64,000 nt of DNA from Gammaproteobacteria bacterium (GTDB lineage: Bacteria; Pseudomonadota; Gammaproteobacteria; CBDBNL01; JAAOII01), in assembly GCA_965209035.1 (NCBI GenBank), contig OZ242372.1, positions 1,312,001 through 1,376,000 on the forward strand, given 5' to 3'. The stretch's first letter is position 1; the number at the start of each line of letters is the position of its first letter. The translations under genes and the position numbers were made by a program. The notes under the pieces were generated by a model that did no database searches, was not told the DNA's origin, and worked only from the letters and a program-made list of their open reading frames with translations. Shown here in pieces: positions 10,867 through 21,084 of the stretch.

Positions 10867-11955
10867 ATGATGAAAAAAATTACAAAAATACTCTTGGTCC
10901 CTCTGTTGCTTATCGGTGTCGTTTTCGGTGCCGGCGTTGCGACGGCTGCGGACTTTTCCGGAAAGACCATTGAATGGATCATTCCCTTTAAGGAAGGAGG
11001 AGGCTCGGACAAGTGGTCGCGCTATTATGCTCCCCTGCTTGCCAAGCATCTTCCCGGCAATCCGAATGTGGTTGTCAAAAATGTCCCGGGCGGCGGTTCA
11101 ACAACCGGCACCAATCAGTTTGCCCTGCGTGCCAAGCCGGACGGACTGACCATCCTCGGCACATCCGGCTCCACCCAATTCCCCTTCCTGTTGGAAGACA
11201 AACGGGTGAGATATGACTATGCCGATTGGACCACGGTTCTCGGCACCCCGACGGGCGGCGTTGTTTATGTTTCTCCCAAACTGGGTGTGACTTCCGCGGA
11301 CGATATTGCCAACCTGAAAGGACAATCCATGATTTATGCCAGCCAGGGTGCAACTTCGTTGGACCTCATCCCGCTTTTGGCGTTTGAACTTCTGGGTTTG
11401 GATGTCAAGGCCGTTTTTGGCTTTAAAGGGCGCGGCGCCGGTCGTTTGGCATTTGAAAGAGGCGAGGTGAATATTGATTACCAGACCACTTCGGCATATC
11501 TCAAGAATGTTGCTCCTGCGATGGTGAAGGAAGGCAAGGCAATTCCTCTGTTTGCTTGGGGCATTCTGGATGCCGGAGGCAACTTGGCAAGAGACCCCAC
11601 CTTCCCGAATCTTCCCCATTTTGGCGAAGTCTATCAGAAGGTGCACGGCAAGAAACCGTCCGGCACGGAATTTTCGGCTTGGAAGGCTTTCTTTGCCGCC
11701 GGCTTCCCCGCCCAGAAGATGGTCTTTCTGCCCAAAGGATCTTCGCGCGATCTGGTGCGCACCTATCGCAAGGCATTTGCGGACATAGTTGCTTCGCCCG
11801 AATTTAAAGCGACGAGTCAAAAACTCTTGGGTGTGTATCCTCAGGCAACCGGTCGGGGTGCCGAAAAACTCAAGAAGATTGCCACCAGCGTAGACGAAAA
11901 ATCCAAAGCGTGGATTCAAAATTGGCTGCGTGAAAAATACGGGTTCACCGGGTAG
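10867..11955 (+). CDS. tctC: Tripartite tricarboxylate transporter substrate-binding protein (TctC/Bug family)
   Basis: Signal peptide; IPFKEGGGSD, VVKNVPGGG and AKPDGLT motifs; adjacent to tctA. Confidence 0.85.
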   Translation: MMKKITKILLVPLLLIGVVFGAGVATAADFSGKTIEWIIPFKEGGGSDKWSRYYAPLLAKHLPGNPNVVVKNVPGGGSTTGTNQFALRAKPDGLTILGTSGSTQFPFLLEDKRVRYDYADWTTVLGTPTGGVVYVSPKLGVTSADDIANLKGQSMIYASQGATSLDLIPLLAFELLGLDVKAVFGFKGRGAGRLAFERGEVNIDYQTTSAYLKNVAPAMVKEGKAIPLFAWGILDAGGNLARDPTFPNLPHFGEVYQKVHGKKPSGTEFSAWKAFFAAGFPAQKMVFLPKGSSRDLVRTYRKAFADIVASPEFKATSQKLLGVYPQATGRGAEKLKKIATSVDEKSKAWIQNWLREKYGFTG

Positions 11956-11982
11956 TCCCGGGTAGCCTCACCGTATTCGGTT

Positions 11983-12041
11983 GAAGAAATGCCGTCAAAA
12001 GTGTCGCCCGCGGGTGGCACGGTTGGCGGCACTTCTTTTTT
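11983..12041 (+). terminator. Hairpin plus U-tract after tctC
   Basis: aagaaatgccgtcaa...ttggcggcacttctttttt with inner stem gtgtcgcc/ggtggcac. Confidence 0.6.
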
Positions 12042-12115
12042 ACCGACAAACGATAACACCAAGTAAGTTAAACACATAGCCGTTACGCACAAGGCAACCG
12101 GCGATTTGGGATTCC

Positions 12116-14149
12116 ATGGAAGCACTTAACGCTTTTTTTGCGGCGTTTCTGACGCTCACAACCACACATCACTTCCCGTATTTAATCGGCGGTGTGCTGT
12201 TGGGGATGAGTATCGGCGTTCTGCCCGGTTTGGGCGGCATCGTCGGCTTTTCCATCATGCTTCCGTTTCTTTACGGTATGGAGCCGGTCAGTGCCCTGGC
12301 CTTGCTCATCGGTTTGGTGGCGGTCATCCCGACATCCGATACCTTCGCTTCGGTGTTGCTGGGTATTCCGGGTTCCAGTTCGTCTCAGGCCACCGTGCTG
12401 GATGGTTTTTCTCTTGCCAAAAAGGGACAGGCGGCGCGCGCGCTGGGCAGTGCTTTTTCCGCTTCTTTGCTGGGCGGTCTATATGGTGCCGCCATCTTGA
12501 CCGTGTTTATCCTGTTTGCCCGGCCGCTCATTCTGTTATTTGGTTCCGCGGAGTTATTCATGCTTGGTGTCCTGGGGGTCAGCATGGTCGGAGTGCTCAG
12601 CGGCAAAAGTATCTTTAAAGGATTGGCGGCATGCTGCTTGGGGCTGGCACTGGGCAGCCTGGGCAATGCGCCGGCGACCGGCGAATGGCGGCTGGCGTTT
12701 GACAGTGCCTATCTGTATGACGGGATTAAACTGGTCATCGTCGGCTTGGCGGCCTTCGCCCTGCCGGAAGTGATTGACCTGCTGCGCAAGAATCAAGCCA
12801 TTTCCTCGTCTTCTTTGCTCGGCTCCGGTTGGCTCAAAGGAATTAAAGATACCTGGCTTTACAAATGGCTGGTGTTACGCTGCGCCACTTTGGGAGTCCT
12901 TGTCGGCGCTCTGCCCGGGCTGGGCGGCAGTGTGGTGGATTGGATTGCCTACGGGCATGTGGTTCAAACGGCGCGCGATAAGTCGCAGTTCGGCAAGGGA
13001 GACATTCGCGGCGTCATAGCGCCGGAGTCGGCCAACAATGCCAAAGAGGGCGGCGGCTTAATTCCCACACTGCTTTTTGCCATCCCCGGCAGCGGGAGCA
13101 TGGCGGTATTTCTCGGCGGGCTGACAATCCTTGGCATAGAAGCGGGCCCCACGATGGTGCAACAAAATTTGGACTTGACCTACATTATTGTTTGGTCGCT
13201 GGCAATTGCCAATGTTATCGGCACTGTTTTATGTATCGGCTTGTCGTCTCCTTTGTCCCGTCTGACAACCATTCCTTACGGTTATCTTGCGCCGTTCCTT
13301 TTAATGATCATCTCGTTTGCCGCCTTTCAGGCGACCAAGAGTTTCTGGGACCTGTTTGCTTTGTTGATGCTCGGCACTTTTTGTATGTATATGAAGCGGT
13401 TTGATTGGCCCAGACCTGCCTTGCTGATAGGCTTTGTTCTGGCGGATACGCTGGAAACCTATCTTTATCAGGCGGTTCAGTTTTACGGCTGGGGTTTTTT
13501 GGCAAGACCCGGCGTGCTGATTATTGGAGCCTTTACAGTGTTTTCCGTGTTGGCGGGCAGTATGTCCCTCCGCAAAAGAGTGCATGCCAAGGTCGGCGGC
13601 GGTAAAAATAATAAGAGGAAGCAAGCCGGAAGCATCTTTCATTTTCGCATGGCCCCGGACCGAAGTTGGCTGCGCCCCGAAGTGTTGTTTGTCGGTTTTG
13701 TTCTTGTACTCTTTCTGATCGCTCTCACGGATGCGTTGCAGCATTCGTTCCTGGGGGCGATCTTCCCCGCGATGGTCTCTTCTATCGGCTTGATCGCGGG
13801 TGTTATGTTGCTTTTGTCTTTGCTGTTTGTGCCCAAACGCGTCGGCGCCGACAGCGAAGTCCAAATGCGAAACGCGGGCGATGCCAACTACGACAGGTTT
13901 GGCGCCTACAAGGCGATCGGTTGGATTTACGCCCTGGTGCTGCTGACCTACATATTCGGTTTCTTTTTGGCGATGACGATGATCTTTCTCGCACTCCTTG
14001 GCACCAAGGTGCGAGCGCACCCGCTGTTTCGCCTTGCGGTGATCCTGTTGGGAATGGGCGGCGTTACCACCCTGGCATACTTTATGAATCTGGACTTTCC
14101 TTACGGCCTGCTGCAGGATGCGATAGAGTTGCCCTGGCCCTTGGGATAA
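12116..14149 (+). CDS. tctA: Tripartite tricarboxylate transporter permease TctA with C-terminal TctB-like extension
   Basis: GVLPGLG, GIPGS and APESANNAKEGG motifs; extra hydrophobic C-terminal region. Confidence 0.85.
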   Translation: MEALNAFFAAFLTLTTTHHFPYLIGGVLLGMSIGVLPGLGGIVGFSIMLPFLYGMEPVSALALLIGLVAVIPTSDTFASVLLGIPGSSSSQATVLDGFSLAKKGQAARALGSAFSASLLGGLYGAAILTVFILFARPLILLFGSAELFMLGVLGVSMVGVLSGKSIFKGLAACCLGLALGSLGNAPATGEWRLAFDSAYLYDGIKLVIVGLAAFALPEVIDLLRKNQAISSSSLLGSGWLKGIKDTWLYKWLVLRCATLGVLVGALPGLGGSVVDWIAYGHVVQTARDKSQFGKGDIRGVIAPESANNAKEGGGLIPTLLFAIPGSGSMAVFLGGLTILGIEAGPTMVQQNLDLTYIIVWSLAIANVIGTVLCIGLSSPLSRLTTIPYGYLAPFLLMIISFAAFQATKSFWDLFALLMLGTFCMYMKRFDWPRPALLIGFVLADTLETYLYQAVQFYGWGFLARPGVLIIGAFTVFSVLAGSMSLRKRVHAKVGGGKNNKRKQAGSIFHFRMAPDRSWLRPEVLFVGFVLVLFLIALTDALQHSFLGAIFPAMVSSIGLIAGVMLLLSLLFVPKRVGADSEVQMRNAGDANYDRFGAYKAIGWIYALVLLTYIFGFFLAMTMIFLALLGTKVRAHPLFRLAVILLGMGGVTTLAYFMNLDFPYGLLQDAIELPWPLG

Positions 14150-14236
14150 TGTTGGCATTGGTTTGGCAGAATTAAGCATTAAACAAACATTAAAAATTAA
14201 ACATTAAACATTAAAAACGAACAGCGAAAAAATGAA

Positions 14237-15307
14237 ATGACAACACAATTTGTAGACTGCTATTTGATGCGCGGCGGCACCTCGCGCGGCGCTTATTTTC
14301 AAAAAAAAGACCTGCCGGCGGATCCCTCTTTGCGGGACAAGATACTGCTCAGAGTCATGGGCTCGCCGGACCCCCGTCAGATAGACGGACTGGGCGGCGG
14401 GAGTATGCTCACCAGCAAGGTGGCTCTGGTGGAACCTTCCGCGCGCGCCGGCACAGACCTGGATTATACCTTCTCGCAAGTTTATGTGGACAGGGCAAAG
14501 GTGGACAGTTCGCCGACCTGCGGCAACATACTGACCGCCGTCGGTTGCTTCGGTATTGAATGCGGCCTGGTGCCGGTACAGGGGGCCGAGACCGCGGTGA
14601 CCGTTTACGATGTCAATACCGGATACACGGTCCGTCAAGTTATTCAAACGCCGGACGGCGGGGTGAGTTACGCAGGCGAGCATGCGATTGCCGGCGTGCC
14701 CGGCAGGGCTGCGCCGATTGCAATGTCCTTCCGCGGCATTGCCGGGGCAAAAACGGGCAAGGTGTTCCCGACCGGCAACAGAACGGATCGGATTGACGGC
14801 ATTGCCGTTTCTTGCATTGATGTTGCCATGCCGACGATCTTCTTGCGGGCCGAGGACTGGGGAGTTGATGGCTATGAAACCAAAAAAGAATTGGACGAAC
14901 ATCCGCACCTGATAGCGAGGCTTTTGGAGTTTCGTAAAAAAGCGGCGGCACGGATGGGCATGGGAGATGTCGGCGAGAGTGTCATTCCCAAAATTGCCCT
15001 GATCGCCGCGCCGCGCGCCGGCGGTCATCTTTGCGGCAGATACTTTACTCCCTTTCAATGTCACGATGCCTTTGCCCTCTCCGCCGGGTTTGGTGCGGCC
15101 GCGGGCAGTCTGTTTGAAGGGACGCTGCTGTCCGAGATGGCGACCTTGCCCGACGCCGATAAAAAAGTGGCAACCGAATGCCGGTTTTTGCTGGAGCATC
15201 CTGCCGGTAAAATGGAAATCGGCGTTCGGGTTAAGGACGAGAAGACCATCGAAACCCAACTTGTCCGCACCGCACGCTTGCTGATGCGCGGTCAGGTGGC
15301 TGTTTAA
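14237..15307 (+). CDS. PrpF-family isomerase (4-oxalomesaconate tautomerase / aconitate isomerase-like)
   Basis: MRGGTSRG, GSPDPRQIDGLGG, TSKV, CGN and EHPAG motifs. Confidence 0.85.
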   Translation: MTTQFVDCYLMRGGTSRGAYFQKKDLPADPSLRDKILLRVMGSPDPRQIDGLGGGSMLTSKVALVEPSARAGTDLDYTFSQVYVDRAKVDSSPTCGNILTAVGCFGIECGLVPVQGAETAVTVYDVNTGYTVRQVIQTPDGGVSYAGEHAIAGVPGRAAPIAMSFRGIAGAKTGKVFPTGNRTDRIDGIAVSCIDVAMPTIFLRAEDWGVDGYETKKELDEHPHLIARLLEFRKKAAARMGMGDVGESVIPKIALIAAPRAGGHLCGRYFTPFQCHDAFALSAGFGAAAGSLFEGTLLSEMATLPDADKKVATECRFLLEHPAGKMEIGVRVKDEKTIETQLVRTARLLMRGQVAV

Positions 15308-15532
15308 TTGTTGGGCCCGGTTGCCTTGCCTAGTTACTTTGTTTGGCTGTTCGGTCCGGCCGCTTGCCTAGTCTTTTGCCTAGTCTCTTGCCTAGACGCC
15401 TTGTCCGGCTGTTGGGACCAGCCGCCCTGTCAAGACGCCTTGTCCGGCTGTTGGGCCAAACCGCTCTGTCAGGTTGCCGGGTATGAATATCTTTAAACTC
15501 TTCCTTTAAGTAAAGTAAGTAGGAGAGCGCGC

Positions 15533-15724
15533 ATGCGAGTTCTGGTTGTCGGTAGCGGGAACGCGGCCCTTTGTGCCGCGTTGGCCGCAGCCGAGCGGGG
15601 GGCGGAAGTTACTGTGCTGGAAAGTGCCCCCGAGAAGGAGTTTGGCGGCAACAGTCGCTATACGGCCGGTGCCTTGCGTTTTGCTTACGAGAGCCGGGAA
15701 GATGTCTTGGACATACTCAACTAA
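15533..15724 (+). pseudogene. Truncated duplicate of the tcuA 5' end (63 codons)
   Basis: Tandem duplication with 202-bp period, near-identical to 15735-15922, ending in TAA. Confidence 0.85.
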
Positions 15725-15734
15725 TAGAGCGCGA

Positions 15735-17213
15735 ATGCGAGTTCTGATTGTCGGTAGCGGGAACGCGGCCCTTTGTGCCGCGTTGGCCGCAGCCGAGCGG
15801 GGGGCGGAAGTTACTGTACTGGAAAGTGCCCCCGAGAAGGAATTTGGCGGCAACAGTCGCTATACGGCCGGTGCCTTGCGTTTTGCTTACGAGAGCCGGG
15901 AAGATGTCTTGGACATACTCAACGCCGGCGGTGTGTCGGACGAACGATTGGAACAAACGGATTTTGGCACCTACCCCGCCCGACAGTTTCTGGAGGAGCT
16001 GACCGCGGCGGCCGAGGGCGAGGGCAACCCGCAACTTCAACGGATTCTCGTTGAACAGAGCCGGCCGACTGTGTTGTGGCTCACCCAAAAGGGAGTTCGG
16101 TTTGAGCCGATTTATACCCGACAGGCCTATCGGGTGGATGGCCGATATGTCTTCTGGGGCGGTTTGACCCTGGCGGCCGAAGGCGAGGGCGAAGGATTGG
16201 TGCAGGCCGAGAGACGCATTGCCCGGCTTTTAAAAGTCCAATTCTGTTACGACACCGAGGTCACGGAATTAATCCGCCGCGATGACAAGGTCGTCGGTGT
16301 TGTTTGTAAACAAAACGGCAACAGAACCGGGTATGCCGCCGACAGAGTGATTCTGGCGTGCGGCGGCTTTGAAGCCAATGCGCGCATGCGCAAAGAATAC
16401 TTGGGCGAAGGCTGGGACCAGGCCAAGGTGCGCGGGACCGAACATAACCTGGGACAGGGCATAGAAATGGCATTGGCCTTGGGTGCCAAAACGGCCGGTA
16501 ACTGGGGTGGCTGTCATGCGGTCTTCATGGATACGGCTTCGCCGGAATACGGCAACCTGTCCATTCCGCACCGGCAGCGCAAGAATTACCGTAAAATCAG
16601 TTATCCGTTTGGCGTCATCTTGAACGCGAACGGAGAGCGATTTGTGGACGAGGGCGCCGATTTTCGCAACTACACATACGCCAAGTACGGAAGGGAAGTA
16701 TTGCGGCAACCGGGTCGGTTTGGTTGGCAGATTTTTGACGCACAGGTGACGGATCTTTTGTACGAAGAATACAAACAAGAGGGCGCGACGCAGGTCAGCG
16801 CGCCGAGTTTGGAAGATCTAGCCGGACTTCTGGACGGCGTCCGTTCCCAAAATGCCCTGGCGACTCTGCGGGCATACAATACCGCCGTTGCGGCTACCCC
16901 CGCGTTCAACCCGACCGTGAAGGATGGCAAGTGCACGCACGGGCTGGTGCCGCCAAAATCCAACTGGGCGCTCAAACTGGAGAAACCGCCTTTTACCGCC
17001 TATCGGATGACTTGCGGAATCACCTTCACATACGGCGGCTTGGCGATAGACAATCAATGTCGGGTTCTTGACACGGCCGGCAAGCCTATTGCCGGCCTCT
17101 TTGCCGCCGGCGAACTTGTGGGCGACATTTTTTATCATAACTATCCGGGCGGCAGCGGGCTGACAGCCGGTGCCGTGTTCGGTCGCCTTGCGGGTGAGGC
17201 CGCCGTTCAGTAA
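15735..17213 (+). CDS. tcuA: FAD-dependent tricarballylate dehydrogenase TcuA-like protein
   Basis: VGSGNAALCAA, GGNSRYT, GERFVDEG, KSNWA, GITFTYGG and YPGGSGL motifs; ATG at 15735. Confidence 0.8.
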   Translation: MRVLIVGSGNAALCAALAAAERGAEVTVLESAPEKEFGGNSRYTAGALRFAYESREDVLDILNAGGVSDERLEQTDFGTYPARQFLEELTAAAEGEGNPQLQRILVEQSRPTVLWLTQKGVRFEPIYTRQAYRVDGRYVFWGGLTLAAEGEGEGLVQAERRIARLLKVQFCYDTEVTELIRRDDKVVGVVCKQNGNRTGYAADRVILACGGFEANARMRKEYLGEGWDQAKVRGTEHNLGQGIEMALALGAKTAGNWGGCHAVFMDTASPEYGNLSIPHRQRKNYRKISYPFGVILNANGERFVDEGADFRNYTYAKYGREVLRQPGRFGWQIFDAQVTDLLYEEYKQEGATQVSAPSLEDLAGLLDGVRSQNALATLRAYNTAVAATPAFNPTVKDGKCTHGLVPPKSNWALKLEKPPFTAYRMTCGITFTYGGLAIDNQCRVLDTAGKPIAGLFAAGELVGDIFYHNYPGGSGLTAGAVFGRLAGEAAVQ

Positions 17214-17348
17214 CAGGGATTATAATAATTCCGAAATATCTTTTTGGGCGGATGTGTTCTCGGATGAGGCCGCCGTTCAGTAACAGGGATTATAATAATA
17301 GCGGATACTTATTTTTATTATTATTATTATTAAAAGAGAACAACAGAC

Positions 17349-18365
17349 ATGACAACAACAATGAAGAAAAACAAACTTGGAAACAGCGGTCTGCTGCTCG
17401 GCGACTTGACGCTCGGCACCATGACCTTTGGCGATACAACCTCGGCGAAGGATGCCGCCAAAATGATCGACCTATTTGCCGCAGCGGGCGGTAATCACCT
17501 GGACACGGCAAATGTGTATGCCGGTGGCGAGTCGGAAAGCATCATCGGCGACATTCTCCAAAAGAGGCGGGATGATTTTATCATCGCAAGTAAGGTGCGT
17601 TTCCCGCGCGGCGACGGCAGCAACGCAGCGGGTCTTTCGCGCCGCCATATCCTGCGGGCGGTGGAAGCCGGACTTGAGCGTTTGCGAACCGACTATCTGG
17701 ATATTCTTTATCTGCACGGTTGGGACCCGCTGACCCCGCCGGAAGAGACCCTGCGGGCGACGGACGATTTGATTACCGCCGGCAAGGTGCGTTACCTGGG
17801 CGTATCCAATTTTAAGGTTTGGCAGTTGATGAAATCCCTTTGGCACAGCGACCAACGCGGCTGGCACAGGTTTGTGGCGGCCCAATATCAATACAGTCTG
17901 GTGATGCGCGATATTGAAGACGAGTATGCGGAAATGTGCCCGAAGGAAGGACTGGGTATCATGCCCTGGGGACCCCTCGGCGGCGGTTTTTTGTCCGGCA
18001 AGTATTCCCCCGACAAGCCGCCCGTCAGCGGACGGCTCAGTGTTGCCGGCGACGAAACCGAAGAGCATTGGGATCGCCGGAATACAAAACATAACTGGGC
18101 TATTTTGCGCGAACTGGACGATCTTGCCAAGCAACATAACGCCACGCATGCAAGTGTTGCCATTGCTTGGTTGCGCGCCAAACCGGCTGTGACCAGTGTC
18201 ATTTTGGGGGCGCGCACGGAGGAGCAACTGCGGGATAACCTGACGGCGGCAAAACTGGATCTGACGGCGGCGGAGGTTGCCCGGCTGGACGATGTCAGTG
18301 CGGTGCCGCCGAGATATCCCTATCGCTTCTACGAGCATTACTGCAACCGTACCGTTAATCCGTAA
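17349..18365 (+). CDS. Aldo/keto reductase
   Basis: LGTMTFG, DTANVY, RLRTDYLD, GKVRYLGVSN and PWGPLGGG motifs. Confidence 0.9.
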   Translation: MTTTMKKNKLGNSGLLLGDLTLGTMTFGDTTSAKDAAKMIDLFAAAGGNHLDTANVYAGGESESIIGDILQKRRDDFIIASKVRFPRGDGSNAAGLSRRHILRAVEAGLERLRTDYLDILYLHGWDPLTPPEETLRATDDLITAGKVRYLGVSNFKVWQLMKSLWHSDQRGWHRFVAAQYQYSLVMRDIEDEYAEMCPKEGLGIMPWGPLGGGFLSGKYSPDKPPVSGRLSVAGDETEEHWDRRNTKHNWAILRELDDLAKQHNATHASVAIAWLRAKPAVTSVILGARTEEQLRDNLTAAKLDLTAAEVARLDDVSAVPPRYPYRFYEHYCNRTVNP

Positions 18366-18433
18366 ACGCAATAGGTTGTTTTTTGACCGGTTTGGCTGTT
18401 GCCGGCTTCCGCTTAAAATAAGTTTTTAATCTT

Positions 18434-20008
18434 ATGAAAGATCTGCAAGAATATAATCGTTTGATACAGGTTTCGCGCGTGTATGAGTGTGCGCGGGAAA
18501 CACCTCTGGGGCACGCGGCCGCCCTCTCGGCGCGCCTGAAAAAAAATGTGTATCTCAAACGCGAAGACACGCATCCCGTTTTTTCTTTTAAGCTGCGCGG
18601 TGCCTATAACCTGATCGCTTCTTTGCCGCCGTCAAGATTGAAGGCGGGTATCCTGGCGGTTTCCGCGGGCAATCACGCCCAGGGCGTGGCATTATCCGCG
18701 CAAAAACTCGGGTTGAAGGCGGTCATTGTGATGCCGCGCACCACGCCGGATACCAAGGTTAGGTCGGTGCGCTCCTACCGCGGTGTTTCGCTGATACTGC
18801 ACGGCGACACTTTTGACGAGGCGCGTGTCTATTCGTGCCGACTGATCAAAGAAAAGGGTTATGTGTACATCCCGCCGTTTGACGACAAACTGGTGATAGC
18901 GGGGCAGGGAACGATCGGGGCGGAGATTCTGCGGCAGCGGCGGCGGGACCTGGATGCGATTTTTGTGCCTGTCGGCGGCGGCGGCCTCATCGCCGGCATA
19001 GGAGCATATATAAAGTATGTGCGTCCCGAGGTCAAAGTGATCGGCGTGGAGCCGGAAGATGCCGCCTGCATGACCGAGGCTCTGAGGCGCAAGAAGCGGA
19101 TCACCTTGCCGCATGTGGGTATTTTTGCGGACGGAGTGGCGGTCAATCGCGTCGGCGCGGAGCCATACAGGCTGGCGCGCAAGTGTGTGGATGATATGAT
19201 TACGGTGACTACGGACGAAATCTGTGCGGGAATCAAAGATGTATTTGAGGATACGCGTGTCCTTGCCGAGCCGGCCGGGGCGCTTGCCGTCGCCGGCATG
19301 CGAAAATTCTGCGAGGAGCATCCGGCGGCGGCCGGCGTCCACAATCTGGTCGCAATCCTGTCCGGTGCCAATACAAACTTTGACAGGCTGCGCCATATTG
19401 CCGAGCGGACGGAAATTGGCGAACAGCGCGAGGCGTTGTTCGGTGTTACCATTCCCGAAAAACGCGGAAGTTTTCGCGCCTTCTGCCGTCTCTTGCGAAA
19501 ATACGAAATCACCGAGTTTAACTATCGTTATGCGGACCCGCACCGGGCAAACATTTTTGTTGGTGTGCGTATTGCCTCCAAAGAAGACATAGTCCGTATC
19601 GCCGACACCTTAAATAAGAATCATTTCCCGAATGTTGATATGACCGACAACGAGGTGGCAAAGTTACACATCCGCTATATGGTCGGCGGGGTGCCGCCGT
19701 TTCCGCGAGAAGAAGAAGTCCTGTTTCGTTTTGAATTCCCGGAACGCCCCGGGGCACTGCTAAGATTCTTGGACACACTCAGCCCCAAATGGAATGTATC
19801 GTTGTTTCATTATCGCAACCACGGGGCGGCTTACGGGCGTATCCTCGCCGGCATACAGGTTCCGCGGGCCGAACGGGGGGCCTTAATGCGTTATCTGCAA
19901 GAAATCAACTATACTTTTTACCCCGAAACGGACAATGATGCCTATCATCTGTTTTTGAGCCGCTCAGCCCTAAAACCTTTCTCGAAATCTTCCCCAAAAT
20001 CCTCTTAG
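18434..20008 (+). CDS. ilvA: Threonine ammonia-lyase, biosynthetic
   Basis: FSFKLRGA, SAGNHAQG and FEFPERPGAL motifs; C-terminal regulatory domains. Confidence 0.95.
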   Translation: MKDLQEYNRLIQVSRVYECARETPLGHAAALSARLKKNVYLKREDTHPVFSFKLRGAYNLIASLPPSRLKAGILAVSAGNHAQGVALSAQKLGLKAVIVMPRTTPDTKVRSVRSYRGVSLILHGDTFDEARVYSCRLIKEKGYVYIPPFDDKLVIAGQGTIGAEILRQRRRDLDAIFVPVGGGGLIAGIGAYIKYVRPEVKVIGVEPEDAACMTEALRRKKRITLPHVGIFADGVAVNRVGAEPYRLARKCVDDMITVTTDEICAGIKDVFEDTRVLAEPAGALAVAGMRKFCEEHPAAAGVHNLVAILSGANTNFDRLRHIAERTEIGEQREALFGVTIPEKRGSFRAFCRLLRKYEITEFNYRYADPHRANIFVGVRIASKEDIVRIADTLNKNHFPNVDMTDNEVAKLHIRYMVGGVPPFPREEEVLFRFEFPERPGALLRFLDTLSPKWNVSLFHYRNHGAAYGRILAGIQVPRAERGALMRYLQEINYTFYPETDNDAYHLFLSRSALKPFSKSSPKSS

Positions 20009-20610
20009 CCCCGAACCCGGCAGTCCGCCCAACCGCATTCCGTTACAACAAAGTCAAGTCGGATGTCGCGCGGCTCGGTCGGTACCCGAAGGACACCCTG
20101 ACAGGCATACCCCACCCCAATCAAAGTCGGCAGTCGGCGACACCTGCCGAGATGTCTGTCATAGAATCCGCCGCCCATCCCCAGGCGGCCGCCGTGCCGA
20201 TCAAAGGCAAGGAGAGGGAGGAACAGAATATTAAGATGGTCCGCGGCCGTTTGGCGGGCGGACGCAGTGACCGGCTCGGCGATGCCATAGCGGTTCGGAA
20301 GCAGAGGCGTTTTGGCGTTGATCGGCAGAAAGCACATCTCCGAGCGTAACCACAGCGGCGGCAATAGTTTCGGACAATAGAATTCTTTGTTGAACGCCGC
20401 CCCCGGTCGCAGCAAGGCGGACAGATCCGCTTCGTTATCCTTGGCAAGATACACCCCCGCTCTGCGGGCGAACTTAAACAGAGAATGGCAGACGATGTGC
20501 CGGCAAATCCGGGCGGATGCCGCCGCCGCCCAATGCCGCTCAAGGTCCCGGCGGCGCGCCGACATCTTCCGGCGCAATTGTTTCTTTGAAGTTGTTTTTT
20601 CCGCAGACAT
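20005..20610 (-). CDS. ygfA: 5-formyltetrahydrofolate cyclo-ligase
   Basis: KKQLRRKM N-terminus; RLGMGGGFYDR and DIRLD motifs; start taken at ATG 20610. Confidence 0.9.
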   Translation of the reverse strand: MSAEKTTSKKQLRRKMSARRRDLERHWAAAASARICRHIVCHSLFKFARRAGVYLAKDNEADLSALLRPGAAFNKEFYCPKLLPPLWLRSEMCFLPINAKTPLLPNRYGIAEPVTASARQTAADHLNILFLPLLAFDRHGGRLGMGGGFYDRHLGRCRRLPTLIGVGYACQGVLRVPTEPRDIRLDFVVTECGWADCRVRG

Positions 20611-20636
20611 TACAACAAGGCCGCTAACAGCCCGGC

Positions 20637-20849
20637 CGGGTATCTCATCGGGACGGATAAAGAACAAACAAAGTACAAACAAAGCATATGGGGTTATTTT
20701 AATCCGCTTTGATCTGTTTTCATCCGTTTTAATTCGCCGGGGGCAATTAAGAACCGGGTCCGATACGGCATCATCTCCAACGCATCGGCGGCTTGCCGAA
20801 TTCACTCTGTCGAAATCCTATTCCTCTTTTCATTGATGAGAGGACACCG
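20637..20849 (-). ncRNA. Candidate 6S RNA
   Basis: Directly upstream of ygfA, the typical gammaproteobacterial ssrS position; terminal complementarity ggtgtcctctcatc/gatgagatacc over about 210 nt; no primary-sequence match recognised. Confidence 0.3.
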
Positions 20850-21084
20850 AATCATTTTTTATGCAGCAAGAACAAGAACAAGAACAATAACAAGAACTGG
20901 CATAAAAAGTGCCAAATCGAGGGCGTTCCTATATTTTGGGATATTTTTAGAGTGTAAAAAGAAGTAAAAAATCATATGTTGTTATCAAAAAATTGTTGTA
21001 AAATAAGGTATTGTTAACAACTTTTGTTGTCGGCATAGTTTTTAAAATTAATAATACATAACCAATAAATAAAGGAGAAATATT

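Noticed and set aside
15546-15734. Extended N-terminus of the 555-aa TcuA ORF
   Set aside because: Out-of-frame read of the duplicated 5' segment; the likely start is 15735
20790-20830. tmRNA-like ggatttcgac motif on the minus strand
   Set aside because: No tRNA-like 3' end or tag reading frame recognised
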